Assembly (NCBI GenBank): GCA_946554525.1
Contig: CAMNSE010000004.1
Location: forward strand, 8,177 to 72,176
Direction: 5' to 3'
DNA from: an uncultured Mycoplasma sp.
Lineage (GTDB): Bacteria; Bacillota_I; Bacilli_A; RF39; UBA660
DNA: 64,000 nt
The position numbers were made by a program, and so were the translations under genes. The notes beneath the pieces are model-generated. The model saw only the letters and a program-made list of their open reading frames with translations. It had not been told where the DNA came from and made no database searches. Below, piece after piece: positions 36,086 to 45,722 of this stretch (the first letter of the stretch is position 1; the number at the start of each line of letters is the position of its first letter).

Positions 36086-38611
36086 ATGCTAGATAAAAAA
36101 TATGATCATTTAAGTGTTGAAGAGGGAAAATATGAACGCTGGGTAGCAAATGGATATTTTGAACCAAACAAGGAAGCAAAAGAAGCATTTTGCATTGTAA
36201 TACCCCCTCCAAATGTAACAGGAAAATTACATATCGGACATGCTTGGGATACAGCTATTCAAGACTGTTTAATTCGTTATAAAAGAATGAAAGGGTTTAA
36301 TACGCTTTGGCTTCCAGGAATGGATCATGCCGGTATTGCTACTCAATCTAAAGTTGATAAAAAGTTAAGTGATATGGGTATTAATCCAAGAAGCCTAAAA
36401 CGTGAAGAATGGCTTAACCATGCGTGGGCTTGGAAGGAAGAATATGCTTTAAATATTCATAAACAGTGGGCAAAGCTTGGATTATCTTTGGCATATTCTA
36501 AAGAACGATTTACTCTTGATGAAGGATTGTCTCTTGCTGTAAGAAAAGTATTTGTTGAATTATATGAAAAAGGTCTTATTTATCAAGGATCTAAAATTAT
36601 TAACTGGGATCCTGCTACAATGACTGCGCTATCAAATGAAGAAGTTATTTATAAAGATATTCCCGGAGCTTTTTATCATTTGAAATATAAAATAGAAGGA
36701 ACAGAAGAGTATTTAGATGTAGCAACGACCCGTCCAGAAACTTTATTTGGAGATACTGCAGTTGCAGTTAATCCAGAAGACGAGCGCTATCAAAAATACA
36801 TTGGCAAAAATGTTGTGCTTCCAATTGTTAATCGCTTAATTCCTATTATTGGGGATCTTCATGCTGATATGTCTAAAGGCACAGGATGTGTAAAAATAAC
36901 GCCTTTTCATGACCCGAATGACTATGAAGTAGGAAAAAGACATAATTTACCAATGATACAGTGTATAAACTTAGATGGTACAATGAATGATCAAGCTGGA
37001 ATTTATAATGGACTTGATAGATTTGTTGCCCGCGAAAAATTAATAGAAGAACTAAAAGAAAAAGAATTATTACTTGAAGTGGAAAATATTACTCACAATG
37101 CACCATTTAGTGAGAGAAGTGGCGCATTAATTGAACCAATAGTATCAAAGCAATGGTTTGTAAAAATGAGACCACTAGCAGACACTGTTTTAGAAAATCA
37201 AAAAGATAAGAATAGTAAAGTTAATTTTGTTCCTAAGCGTTTTGAAAAAATTATGAATCATTGGATGGAAATCACCTATGATTGGTGTATTTCAAGACAA
37301 CTATGGTGGGGACATAGAATACCCGCTTGGTATAAGGATGGTAAGACATATGTAGGATTAGAAGCTCCTAAAGAAAGTGGCTGGATCCAAGATGAAGATG
37401 TTCTTGATACATGGTTTTCTAGTGCATTATGGCCTTTTTCAACATTAGGATGGCCTAATAATACAGAAGATTTAAAAACCTATTTTCCTAACAGTGTTTT
37501 AGTAACAGGATATGATATTATACCATTCTGGGTTAATCGTATGACTTTCCAAAGCTTAGAATTTATGGGTACGCGTCCATTTGAGTATTGCTTAATTCAT
37601 GGACTTATTCGCGATAAGGAAGGTCGAAAAATGTCTAAAAGCCTTGGTAATGGAATAGATCCAATGGATATGTGTGATAAATATGGTGCAGATGCATTAC
37701 GCTATTATCTAACTACGGCGGTATCTAATGGATTAGATTTAAGATTTGATGAAGAAGTTTTAAAATCAACATGGAATTTTATTAATAAATTATGGAATGC
37801 ATCTCGTTTTGTATTAATGAATTTAGAAGGATCAAAAGATTTAGACGAAAATTTATCCGATTTAACTTCATCTGATAAATGGATTTTAAGTAAATATAAT
37901 CATACAATTAAGAATGTTACAAAATATATGGATAAGTTTGAACTTAATAATGCGGGAATGGAAATTTATAATTTTATTTATAATGATTTTTGTGATAATT
38001 ATATTGAATTTGCAAAATTTAATATAGATAATATTACAACAAAAAAAGTATTAAGAAAAGTTTTAATTGGAATATTAAAAATGTTATCTCCATTTATGCC
38101 TTATGTAACTGATGAAATTTACTCTAACATTTCAGGCACTAAAGAAGATATAATGATTAGTGAATATCCATTATTTAATAAAAAAGAAATATTTCTAGAA
38201 GAAGAAAAAGAGATTGATAGTGCAATTGAATTTATTAAGCTTTATCGTAAAATATATCAAGAAAATCACATGGATAAAAGTGTTATTATTAAGTTTAATA
38301 ATTCTAGTGATTATACACTTATTTCTAAAATGTTAAAAATAAATGAAGTAACAGATAAAAATCTTGATATAACAAGTTATAATGTTCATTATAAAAATTA
38401 TGATTTAAATATTTACTTTGAAAAAGAAATAACCGAAGATGAGTTAAAGCAAAAAGCAAAAGAGATTGAAGATTTAAAGGCCTCTATTAAAAAAAGAGAA
38501 GGGTTACTTAGTAATGAAAATTTTGTAAGTCGTGCCCCAGAATCTTTAGTAAATAGCGAAAAAGAGAAGCTTAATTTAGAAAAAGAAAAACTTGCAAGAT
38601 TAGAAAATTAA
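36086..38611 (+). CDS. valS: valine--tRNA ligase
   Basis: PPPNVTGKLHIGHA (HIGH), KMSKS, and a C-terminal coiled coil. Confidence 0.97.
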   Translation: MLDKKYDHLSVEEGKYERWVANGYFEPNKEAKEAFCIVIPPPNVTGKLHIGHAWDTAIQDCLIRYKRMKGFNTLWLPGMDHAGIATQSKVDKKLSDMGINPRSLKREEWLNHAWAWKEEYALNIHKQWAKLGLSLAYSKERFTLDEGLSLAVRKVFVELYEKGLIYQGSKIINWDPATMTALSNEEVIYKDIPGAFYHLKYKIEGTEEYLDVATTRPETLFGDTAVAVNPEDERYQKYIGKNVVLPIVNRLIPIIGDLHADMSKGTGCVKITPFHDPNDYEVGKRHNLPMIQCINLDGTMNDQAGIYNGLDRFVAREKLIEELKEKELLLEVENITHNAPFSERSGALIEPIVSKQWFVKMRPLADTVLENQKDKNSKVNFVPKRFEKIMNHWMEITYDWCISRQLWWGHRIPAWYKDGKTYVGLEAPKESGWIQDEDVLDTWFSSALWPFSTLGWPNNTEDLKTYFPNSVLVTGYDIIPFWVNRMTFQSLEFMGTRPFEYCLIHGLIRDKEGRKMSKSLGNGIDPMDMCDKYGADALRYYLTTAVSNGLDLRFDEEVLKSTWNFINKLWNASRFVLMNLEGSKDLDENLSDLTSSDKWILSKYNHTIKNVTKYMDKFELNNAGMEIYNFIYNDFCDNYIEFAKFNIDNITTKKVLRKVLIGILKMLSPFMPYVTDEIYSNISGTKEDIMISEYPLFNKKEIFLEEEKEIDSAIEFIKLYRKIYQENHMDKSVIIKFNNSSDYTLISKMLKINEVTDKNLDITSYNVHYKNYDLNIYFEKEITEDELKQKAKEIEDLKASIKKREGLLSNENFVSRAPESLVNSEKEKLNLEKEKLARLEN

Positions 38612-38639
38612 TATGTTTCATAACGAAACATATTTTTTC
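38611..38639 (+). terminator. rho-independent terminator
   Basis: ATATGTTTC-ATAAC-GAAACATAT followed by TTTTT. Confidence 0.8.
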
Positions 38640-38689
38640 TTGCAAAATTATCTAGTTTTATTAACTATTTTGTAGTAAAATAAAAATAT

Positions 38690-38766
38690 GTCCTCGTAGC
38701 TCAGCTGGATAGAGCGACCCCCTCCTAAGGGGTAGGTCGTAGGTTCGAATCCTATCGAGGACACCA
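38690..38766 (+). tRNA. tRNA-Arg (anticodon CCT)
   Basis: Hand-folded cloverleaf. Acceptor GTCCTCG/CGAGGAC, D arm GCTC-AGCTGGATA-GAGC, anticodon arm ACCCC-CTCCTAA-GGGGT, T arm GTAGG-TTCGAAT-CCTAT, with encoded CCA. Confidence 0.9.
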
Positions 38767-38794
38767 TTTTTATTTTATAAATATGGGGGGTAAT

Positions 38795-39262
38795 ATGATA
38801 AACAAATTAGGGATTTTAAATAAAGGCCGTTTTGAGCAAATTGAAAATACATTAATTGAAACTAAAATTTCTCTACTAGATTATGAGTTTACTTTGGGAG
38901 AATCAGAATATAACTTTGATTTTTTAATAAAACTGCATGATTATTTGTTTGGAGATATTTATATATTACAAAATCATGGTTTACGAAATTTTATTGATGA
39001 TGAAGTTAAAAATAGGATAAATGCATTATTAAATAGATTAACTATAAAAGGAGTTTATGGGGTATTTGATGAAGAATCGCTAGATATATTTTATAAGTTA
39101 TGGCAAATACAGATATTTACTGATGGAAATGCTAGAACTTTAATAGGATTCTTGAAAATTTACGCATCTGCATTTCAGTTAGAAAAATATATTGATTTTA
39201 AAGAATTTTATTTTTTATGGAATCAAGGTTTTAGTTTTAAAAGAGTTAGAATAAAGAAGTAA
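38795..39262 (+). CDS. Fic/DOC-family-like protein with a degenerate active-site motif
   Basis: Has QIFTDGNARTLIGFL where Fic enzymes have HPFx[DE]GN[GK]R. The start is ambiguous: ATG 38783 sits just before a G6 run, and ATG 38795 is in frame. Confidence 0.5.
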   Translation: MINKLGILNKGRFEQIENTLIETKISLLDYEFTLGESEYNFDFLIKLHDYLFGDIYILQNHGLRNFIDDEVKNRINALLNRLTIKGVYGVFDEESLDIFYKLWQIQIFTDGNARTLIGFLKIYASAFQLEKYIDFKEFYFLWNQGFSFKRVRIKK

Positions 39263-39282
39263 ATTTGTAAGGAGGTTTTTAT

Positions 39283-41463
39283 ATGTATGCTTATTGTTTA
39301 ATTGAATATCCTGTAAAAACATTAGATAAAGCTTTTACGTATAAAATTCCTCAAGGATTATTTGGAAAAATTAGGGTTGGCATGAAAGTATTAGTTCCTT
39401 TTAATAACCGATTAGTGCATGGTATTGTTATTGAAATAAAAGATGAATATAAAGAAGAGTATGAGTTAAAAGAAATAGCTAGAATTGAAGATGAATTTTT
39501 AGTTTTAAATAAGGAATTACTAAATTTAGGTAAATTTTTAAAAGAAAATACGTTATGCAATTTGATTACAGCATATCAAGCTATGCTTCCTAGTAGTTTA
39601 AAAATAAAAACGCAAAAATCAAACTATATAAAATATGATAAATTTGTAAGTTTAAAAGCTAGTAAAAGTATTGTCTTAGAGTTTATAAAAACTCATAAGG
39701 GGAAGAAAGTAGATATTTTAGAGCGATTATTAAGTGAAGAAGAAGTATTAAAAAGTGAATTTGATAATACTTCTATTAGAGAACTAGAAAAACTTGGACT
39801 TATAAATATTACTCTACAAAAAAAATATCGTATTAATCATAATGAAAAAAATAAAACAACTCTAAAGCTAAATGAAGAACAGCAAAAAGTTTTTAATACA
39901 ATATTAGATGTTTTTAATAAAAATGCGACTTTTTTACTTTATGGAGTTACGGGTAGTGGAAAAACATTATGTTATATTAAACTAATAGAAGAAGCGATAA
40001 AACAAAATAAAACAGCGTTATTATTAGTTCCGGAAATTAGCTTAACAGAGCAAATTATTAAAAATTTTTATGATAATTTTGGAAATGATGTAGCAATCCT
40101 TCATAGTGGATTATCTAAGGGCGAGAAATATGATGAATATCGTAAGATATTAAATGGTGATGTTCATATTGTTATTGGTACTCGGAGTGCTGTATTTGCT
40201 CCTCTTGAAAATATTGGAATTATTATTATAGACGAAGAACATAGTGATACATATAAACAAGAGAGTACGCCTAGGTATCATGCAAAAGACGTTGCACTTG
40301 CAAGAAGCAAGTATCATAATTGTCCTTTAGTTTTAGGAAGTGCCACTCCATCTTTAGAAAGTATGGCGCGAGCTTCTAAAAATATATATACTTTGGTTAC
40401 TTTAAATAACAGAGCAAATAATCAAGTTTTGCCTAAAGTACAAATTGTTGATATGGCTCAAGAGATGCAAAAAAGAAATTTTGTAATTAGTGAGGCATTA
40501 GATAAAAAAATAGAGGAATGTCTAAATAAAAAAGAACAAATTATTTTACTTCTTAATAGACGTGGATTTTCTACAATTATCACGTGTAGCAACTGTGGTT
40601 TTACTTACAAATGTCCTCATTGTGAAATATCATTAACTTATCATAAAACAAATAATACACTTCGTTGTCATTATTGTGGATATACTAAAATAAAAGATGA
40701 TATTTGTCCAGAATGTCACGAGGCAGGATTAAACTATATGGGAATGGGAACAGAAAAGCTAGAAAGCATAATTAAAGAGCGTTATTTTAATGCGCGAGTT
40801 ATTAGAATGGATGCTGATACAACTAGTAAAAAAGGTGCCCATGAAAGTATTTTAAAATCTTTTAGAAGTGGAGAATATGATATTTTGATTGGAACTCAAA
40901 TGATTAGCAAAGGTCTTGATTTTCCTAATTGCACATTAGTTGGAATTATGAATGCTGATTCTACTCTTAATATTCCTGATTTTAGAAGTAGTGAGCGCTC
41001 CTTTTCTCTTTTAGACCAAGCAGCAGGTAGAGCAGGAAGAAGTACTAAAGAAGGATCTGTTATTATTCAAACATTTAATCCTGATCATTATGTTATAAAA
41101 TGTGTTAAAAATCATGATTATGATTCTTTCTATGATTATGAAATGAATATAAGAAAAACTTTAAAATATCCGCCATATTATTATTTAGCTAATATCAAAG
41201 TATGTAGTAAAGATTATAATGAGGCAAGCCTTGAAGCAAAAAAGGTAGTAAAATTTTTAAAAGGACAAATAGATTCTAAATCGATTATTTTAGGTCCTTC
41301 AACTTCTTTAAACTTTAAACTTAAAAATATGTATCGATTTAATATTACTATTAAATATCGCTTTGATAAAAAAATAAAAGAAGCGTTAAAAAGTATTGAT
41401 GATATTTATAGTACTAATAAAAATGTGTTTTTAGAGATTGATATGAATCCTTTAGGATTTTAA
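39283..41463 (+). CDS. priA: primosomal replication-restart helicase PriA
   Basis: Walker A GVTGSGKT, DEEH box, and the Cys-rich zinc-binding insert (CSNCG...CPHC...CHYCG...CPEC). Confidence 0.95.
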   Translation: MYAYCLIEYPVKTLDKAFTYKIPQGLFGKIRVGMKVLVPFNNRLVHGIVIEIKDEYKEEYELKEIARIEDEFLVLNKELLNLGKFLKENTLCNLITAYQAMLPSSLKIKTQKSNYIKYDKFVSLKASKSIVLEFIKTHKGKKVDILERLLSEEEVLKSEFDNTSIRELEKLGLINITLQKKYRINHNEKNKTTLKLNEEQQKVFNTILDVFNKNATFLLYGVTGSGKTLCYIKLIEEAIKQNKTALLLVPEISLTEQIIKNFYDNFGNDVAILHSGLSKGEKYDEYRKILNGDVHIVIGTRSAVFAPLENIGIIIIDEEHSDTYKQESTPRYHAKDVALARSKYHNCPLVLGSATPSLESMARASKNIYTLVTLNNRANNQVLPKVQIVDMAQEMQKRNFVISEALDKKIEECLNKKEQIILLLNRRGFSTIITCSNCGFTYKCPHCEISLTYHKTNNTLRCHYCGYTKIKDDICPECHEAGLNYMGMGTEKLESIIKERYFNARVIRMDADTTSKKGAHESILKSFRSGEYDILIGTQMISKGLDFPNCTLVGIMNADSTLNIPDFRSSERSFSLLDQAAGRAGRSTKEGSVIIQTFNPDHYVIKCVKNHDYDSFYDYEMNIRKTLKYPPYYYLANIKVCSKDYNEASLEAKKVVKFLKGQIDSKSIILGPSTSLNFKLKNMYRFNITIKYRFDKKIKEALKSIDDIYSTNKNVFLEIDMNPLGF

Positions 41464-41520
41464 AAATAATGAATAAAAAAAACTCTTTTTTCTCATAACA
41501 AGAGAGAAGGGAGTTTTATT

Positions 41521-42297
41521 ATGGCAAGATATAAAGTAGATATTACCGGTATTAATACAAGTGAACTTAAAGTACTAACAAGTACGGAAATGACAAAATT
41601 ATTTGAAAGGTATCAAAATGGGGACAAGCAAGCTAAAGAAGAATTAATTAATGGAAACTTAAAATTAGTATTGAGTATTTTAAGAAGTTTTAATAAAGGT
41701 AACTATAATATGGATGATTTGTTTCAAGTAGGAGTTATTGGTCTTATTAAAGCCATTGATAATTTTGATTTGTCTTATAATTTAAAATTGTCTACTTATG
41801 CAGTTCCTTTAATTTTAGGAGAAATAAAAAGATATATTAGAGATAATAATAGTATACGTATTAGTAGAAGTATTAGAGATTTAGCTTACCAAATTATTGG
41901 ATATAAAGAAGAGTACTTTAATAAAAATGGAATAGAGCCTAAAAATAGTGAAATTGCAAAACATTTGGGAATTGAAGAATATCAAATAGCTTATGCGCTA
42001 GATTCTTTAAAAGAACCGATGAGTATTTTTGAACCAATTTATAATGATGGTGGGGATACAATTTATTTACAAGATCAAATTGCCGATAAAAAAGAATTGT
42101 CTAGTGATAAAGATTCGCTTATTTCTTTAAGACGGGGATTAGCTAAAATTAAAGAACGAGAAAGAGAAGTGTTAGTAGATCGCTATATCATTGGTAAAAC
42201 ACAGATGGAGATAGCAGAGGCGCTAAATATAAGTCAAGCACAAGTATCAAGAATTGAAAAGAATGCTATCTTAAGTTTGAAAAGAATGATAAAATAG
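41521..42297 (+). CDS. sporulation-type group 3 sigma factor (SigF/SigG-like)
   Basis: YKVDITGINTSELKVL..., NGNLKLVLSILRSF, DDLFQVGVIGLIKAIDNFD, STYAVPLILGEIKRYIRDNNSIRISRS and a C-terminal HTH are closely colinear with B. subtilis SigG as I remember it. Confidence 0.8.
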   Translation: MARYKVDITGINTSELKVLTSTEMTKLFERYQNGDKQAKEELINGNLKLVLSILRSFNKGNYNMDDLFQVGVIGLIKAIDNFDLSYNLKLSTYAVPLILGEIKRYIRDNNSIRISRSIRDLAYQIIGYKEEYFNKNGIEPKNSEIAKHLGIEEYQIAYALDSLKEPMSIFEPIYNDGGDTIYLQDQIADKKELSSDKDSLISLRRGLAKIKEREREVLVDRYIIGKTQMEIAEALNISQAQVSRIEKNAILSLKRMIK

Positions 42298-42349
42298 GTT
42301 TACTTTTTAATTTAAATATAATATAATTCGTTATAAGGAGTGATAATAA

Positions 42350-43363
42350 ATGAATAGTAATTTATCTTTTAAAAGAGTATTAGCTTATATTATTGACTTT
42401 TTAGTAATAACTGTAATTTCATCAGCGCTTACTGAAATTACTTTTATTAATCCTAAGTATGATGAATATAAAAAAGCATCTGATGAATATACTATGATTG
42501 CTGAAAAATATTATATTAAAAGAAGTAATAATACTACAGAATTAAAGGAAAAAACCAAAAAGATTGAAGAGAAAGTAAAAGAGTATAAAGAAAACAGTAC
42601 GGATGAGAATATTCTAAAAGCATCTGAATCATTTTTAGATTATCTTATAAATTTTGATTTTGAAAAAAATGAAATAGACGAATTAAAGACAAAAGTGGAA
42701 GAATATAAAAGTATAGTTAAAAGTGAGGAAAAAACAGATTTAGAAAAAGATTTAGAAGAATATATTACTTATATCAATGAATATAAGAATAATAATACTA
42801 TAACTTCAGAACTTCAAGAAAAGATGCCAGACTTAAGCTATAGATTACTTAAATATGGATATGTTTATATTATTGGTGATATTGTTATAGCTTTATTATA
42901 TTTTGGGGTGTTTAATTATGTTACTAAAGGCCAAACTTTAGGCAAGAAGGTAATGCGTATTCGTATTGTAAGTAACGAAGGAAAAGATGTTAAACTTTAT
43001 CAATATGTTATTCGTGCAATTATTTTAAATGGTATTATTTTAAATGTTGTAAGTTTAGTTGCAATATGTTTTAATAAAACAACATTTAATACTATTTATC
43101 GTTATGGTTCTAATTTTGATACAGTTTTAATGCTTACTAATTTCTTAATGATTATGTTTATGAAAAATGGAAGAGGACTTCACGATATTTTAGCTGGTAC
43201 AAAAGTTATTGATTTAAAAAATACTTCAGAGGAAGTAATAAAAGAGCCTAAAAAAGAAGTTGAAGAAGTAGAAAAAGAAGAAGTTAAACCAACAACTGCC
43301 AAGAAAACTACATCTTCAAAAAAGAAAAATACTACTAAAAGGACTGCAAAAAAAGATGAATAA
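42350..43363 (+). CDS. RDD-family membrane protein with a long charged insert
   Basis: Has KRVLAYIIDFLVI at the N-terminus and GQTLGKKVMRIRIV. The tail is lysine-rich. Confidence 0.55.
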   Translation: MNSNLSFKRVLAYIIDFLVITVISSALTEITFINPKYDEYKKASDEYTMIAEKYYIKRSNNTTELKEKTKKIEEKVKEYKENSTDENILKASESFLDYLINFDFEKNEIDELKTKVEEYKSIVKSEEKTDLEKDLEEYITYINEYKNNNTITSELQEKMPDLSYRLLKYGYVYIIGDIVIALLYFGVFNYVTKGQTLGKKVMRIRIVSNEGKDVKLYQYVIRAIILNGIILNVVSLVAICFNKTTFNTIYRYGSNFDTVLMLTNFLMIMFMKNGRGLHDILAGTKVIDLKNTSEEVIKEPKKEVEEVEKEEVKPTTAKKTTSSKKKNTTKRTAKKDE

Positions 43364-43781
43364 TAAAGTGAAACAAGTAGTAGGAATAGCTTTTATCGAA
43401 AACAATAAATTATTAATTGTCCAATCTCATAAAAGCAGTAAAACCAATTCTTATACATTTATTGGCGGTGGCGTTGAAGAGGGAGAAACATTAATTGAAG
43501 CAGCTAAAAGAGAAGTGAGTGAGGAAATCCATAACAATTTTGAAGTCAAAGATAATGATCTTGAACTTGTAATGACAAAAAGAGAAAAAGCTGCGAGCGA
43601 TCCAAATCTAACAATTGAAATGCATGTTTTTGTTGCACATAAAAAAATTGATGTTGAACTTATTCCAAATGATGAAATATTAATATATCATTGGTATAGT
43701 ATAGGTGAGGATTATAATATATCTAATTCCATTAAAGATTTCTTAGTTTATGCAGAAGAAAATAAGTTAATGACAAAATAA
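43356..43781 (+). CDS. NUDIX hydrolase
   Basis: Nudix box GGGVEEGETLIEAAKREVSEEI. Confidence 0.8.
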   Translation: MNNKVKQVVGIAFIENNKLLIVQSHKSSKTNSYTFIGGGVEEGETLIEAAKREVSEEIHNNFEVKDNDLELVMTKREKAASDPNLTIEMHVFVAHKKIDVELIPNDEILIYHWYSIGEDYNISNSIKDFLVYAEENKLMTK

Positions 43782-43792
43782 TTAACATGTTA

Positions 43793-43822
43793 AAAATATC
43801 GAATTAAAATTCGATATTTTTT
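43793..43822 (+). terminator. rho-independent terminator
   Basis: AATATCGAA...TTCGATATT palindrome followed by a T run. Confidence 0.8.
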
Positions 43823-43944
43823 AAAAGAATTAGTTTTAATTAAATATTAAAATACATAATAAGTTATAAATATTAAGCAAACTATTGATTTTTTTGTTAA
43901 TAATGTTATAATACTTACTATCTTTTAAAGAGGAGGACATGAAA

Positions 43945-44481
43945 ATGGAAGAACAAAATGATAAACTAAAGGAAATGTTACAGAAGATACAAGAAGTAAT
44001 TGAATTATATAATAGTTTAAATCCGCAAAATAAAATGGCACTAACTCCACAAGATGTAAGAAATGATGTACGTAATATTTTCATATGTGTTTATAATGGT
44101 AATCATGTTGGATTATTTAAAAAAATAAATTGGAGTATTGAAAATTTTTATTATTCAAGTTGTTATGACGCAGGATGTGTTTATGTTGGTATTGACTCAA
44201 ATTATATTGGGATAAAAAAAACTCATTCATATGATACATCTGTTAGTTGTTGGGAACCAATTGGAACAAAATTGGTTTTAAGGCATAATACGTATGTATC
44301 TAATTGTGTTATGCAAGATAGTATGAGCTTTGATGATATGCGTTTAATTATGTATAAGGAAGGTAAAATTAAACCTTACGAAATAGGTAAAGCAGATCCT
44401 GATGAAATGCTTGAAGTTTTAAAATATGCTTTTAGCTATTATCAATTGGACCAAGATGTTCAGGCTAAGAGATCAAAATAA
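43945..44481 (+). CDS. hypothetical protein
   Basis: ORF with a GGAGGA RBS. ATG 43945 has better spacing than 43939. I recognise no family. Confidence 0.5.
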   Translation: MEEQNDKLKEMLQKIQEVIELYNSLNPQNKMALTPQDVRNDVRNIFICVYNGNHVGLFKKINWSIENFYYSSCYDAGCVYVGIDSNYIGIKKTHSYDTSVSCWEPIGTKLVLRHNTYVSNCVMQDSMSFDDMRLIMYKEGKIKPYEIGKADPDEMLEVLKYAFSYYQLDQDVQAKRSK

Positions 44482-44744
44482 TAGTATTATTTGAGGATTA
44501 ATAATATTTTAAGTTATTTAAAAGAACCTTTATTTTATTTAGGTTCTATTTTTTATAAAAAAATCAGTTCAACTAGAACTAAAAATACATAATAAGTTTG
44601 AATATTTTGAACATATTTATAAATGGTACCCTAAGGAAGGACGTTCAACAACTTTATTTTTGTAAGTTGCAAAAGGATTTAAAGATTTATAATATTCTCT
44701 AGGAGCATTCTATTGCTATAGCAATATTATATCAAAATTTTAGG

Positions 44745-44790
44745 CAAAATAAAACTCGAATCTCTATAAATAACTAGAAAGTTCGAGTTT
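44745..44790 (-). terminator. terminator downstream of tRNA-Thr
   Basis: On the minus strand, AAACTCGAA pairs with TTCGAGTTT across a 21-nt loop, followed by TATTTT. Confidence 0.45.
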
Positions 44791-44800
44791 CCTATCAATC

Positions 44801-44874
44801 TGGTGCTGAATGACTGAATTGAACAGTCCTCTGATGCTTACCATGCATCTGTTTTACCACTAAACTAAATCAGC
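44801..44874 (-). tRNA. tRNA-Thr (anticodon GGT)
   Basis: Hand-folded from the reverse complement as GCTGATT-TA-GTTT-AGTGGTA-AAAC-A-GATGC-ATGGTAA-GCATC-AGAG-GACTG-TTCAATT-CAGTC-ATTCAGC-A-CCA. There is one T:T mismatch in the acceptor stem and a 4-nt variable loop. Minus-strand promoter TTGAAA-17-TATAAT lies just upstream (about 44884-44912). Confidence 0.7.
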
Positions 44875-44953
44875 ATATTTAAATTATATCAAAGACGTAG
44901 CGAACTTTCAATAAATATGTTATAATTCATTTTAGAAATGAGATGTATAATTT

Positions 44954-45655
44954 ATGAATGTACCAAATCATGTAGCAATTATTATGGATGGAAATGGTAG
45001 ATGGGCTATAAATCATGGTAAAAGAAGAAGTGAAGGACATTTAGAAGGCAGTAAAACTTTAGAAAAAATTGCTCTTCATGCTAAAAAAATGGGAGTAAAA
45101 TTTTTAAGTGTTTATGCATTTTCAACAGATAATTTTAAGCGAAGCAAAGAAGAAGTGGAATATTTAATGGATTTAATTATTAAATATTTTAATGTGAAAT
45201 TTAAGACACTTGCTAAAAATGATATTAAAGTAGTTATTTCTGGTAGAAGAACAGGACTTAGGAGTGATGTCTTAGAATCAATTGAAAACATTGAAGAAAA
45301 AACCAAAAAGAATAAATCTTGTACTTTGAATATTTGTCTTAATTATGGAGGACAAGAAGAAATTATTGATGGAGCTATTCGTTTGGCTGAAGATATTAAA
45401 AATGGGTTAGATATCACTGATTTTAAAAGAGAAGATTTTTACAAATATTTATATCAAGATTTACCGCCAATTGATTTAATGATTCGAACTGGTGGTGAGC
45501 AAAGAGTTAGTAATTTTATGTTGTATCAAATTAGTTATAGCGAGTTTTACTTTACAAATACTTTGTTTCCAGATTTTGATAAGTCTGAATTTAATAAAGC
45601 GTTATTTATGTTTGAAAATAGAGATCGTCGTTTTGGAAATGTTAAAAATTCTTAA
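44954..45655 (+). CDS. uppS: undecaprenyl-diphosphate synthase
   Basis: Has HVAIIMDGNGRWA, FSTDNFKRS and RTGGEQRVSNFMLYQ. Confidence 0.95.
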   Translation: MNVPNHVAIIMDGNGRWAINHGKRRSEGHLEGSKTLEKIALHAKKMGVKFLSVYAFSTDNFKRSKEEVEYLMDLIIKYFNVKFKTLAKNDIKVVISGRRTGLRSDVLESIENIEEKTKKNKSCTLNICLNYGGQEEIIDGAIRLAEDIKNGLDITDFKREDFYKYLYQDLPPIDLMIRTGGEQRVSNFMLYQISYSEFYFTNTLFPDFDKSEFNKALFMFENRDRRFGNVKNS

Positions 45656-45722
45656 AATTAAAACTTTTCCTTTTCATGTATTTGTAGTATAATAGGAGTA
45701 GCATTTTTTAGGAGGACCATTT

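Noticed and set aside
35964-36212. 82-aa minus-strand ORF spanning the valS leader and start.
   Set aside because: It overlaps the T-box leader, which has a recognisable T-box sequence and terminator, and the valS N-terminus. It has no RBS.
38785-38790. G6 run at the start of the Fic-like gene, considered as a fourth slipped-strand switch.
   Set aside because: It is shorter than the promoter tracts and not part of the conserved TTGACT-Gn-TATGCTATTAT cassette. A second in-frame ATG at 38795 would make frameshifting at the run inconsequential. The run probably serves as the SD-like element.
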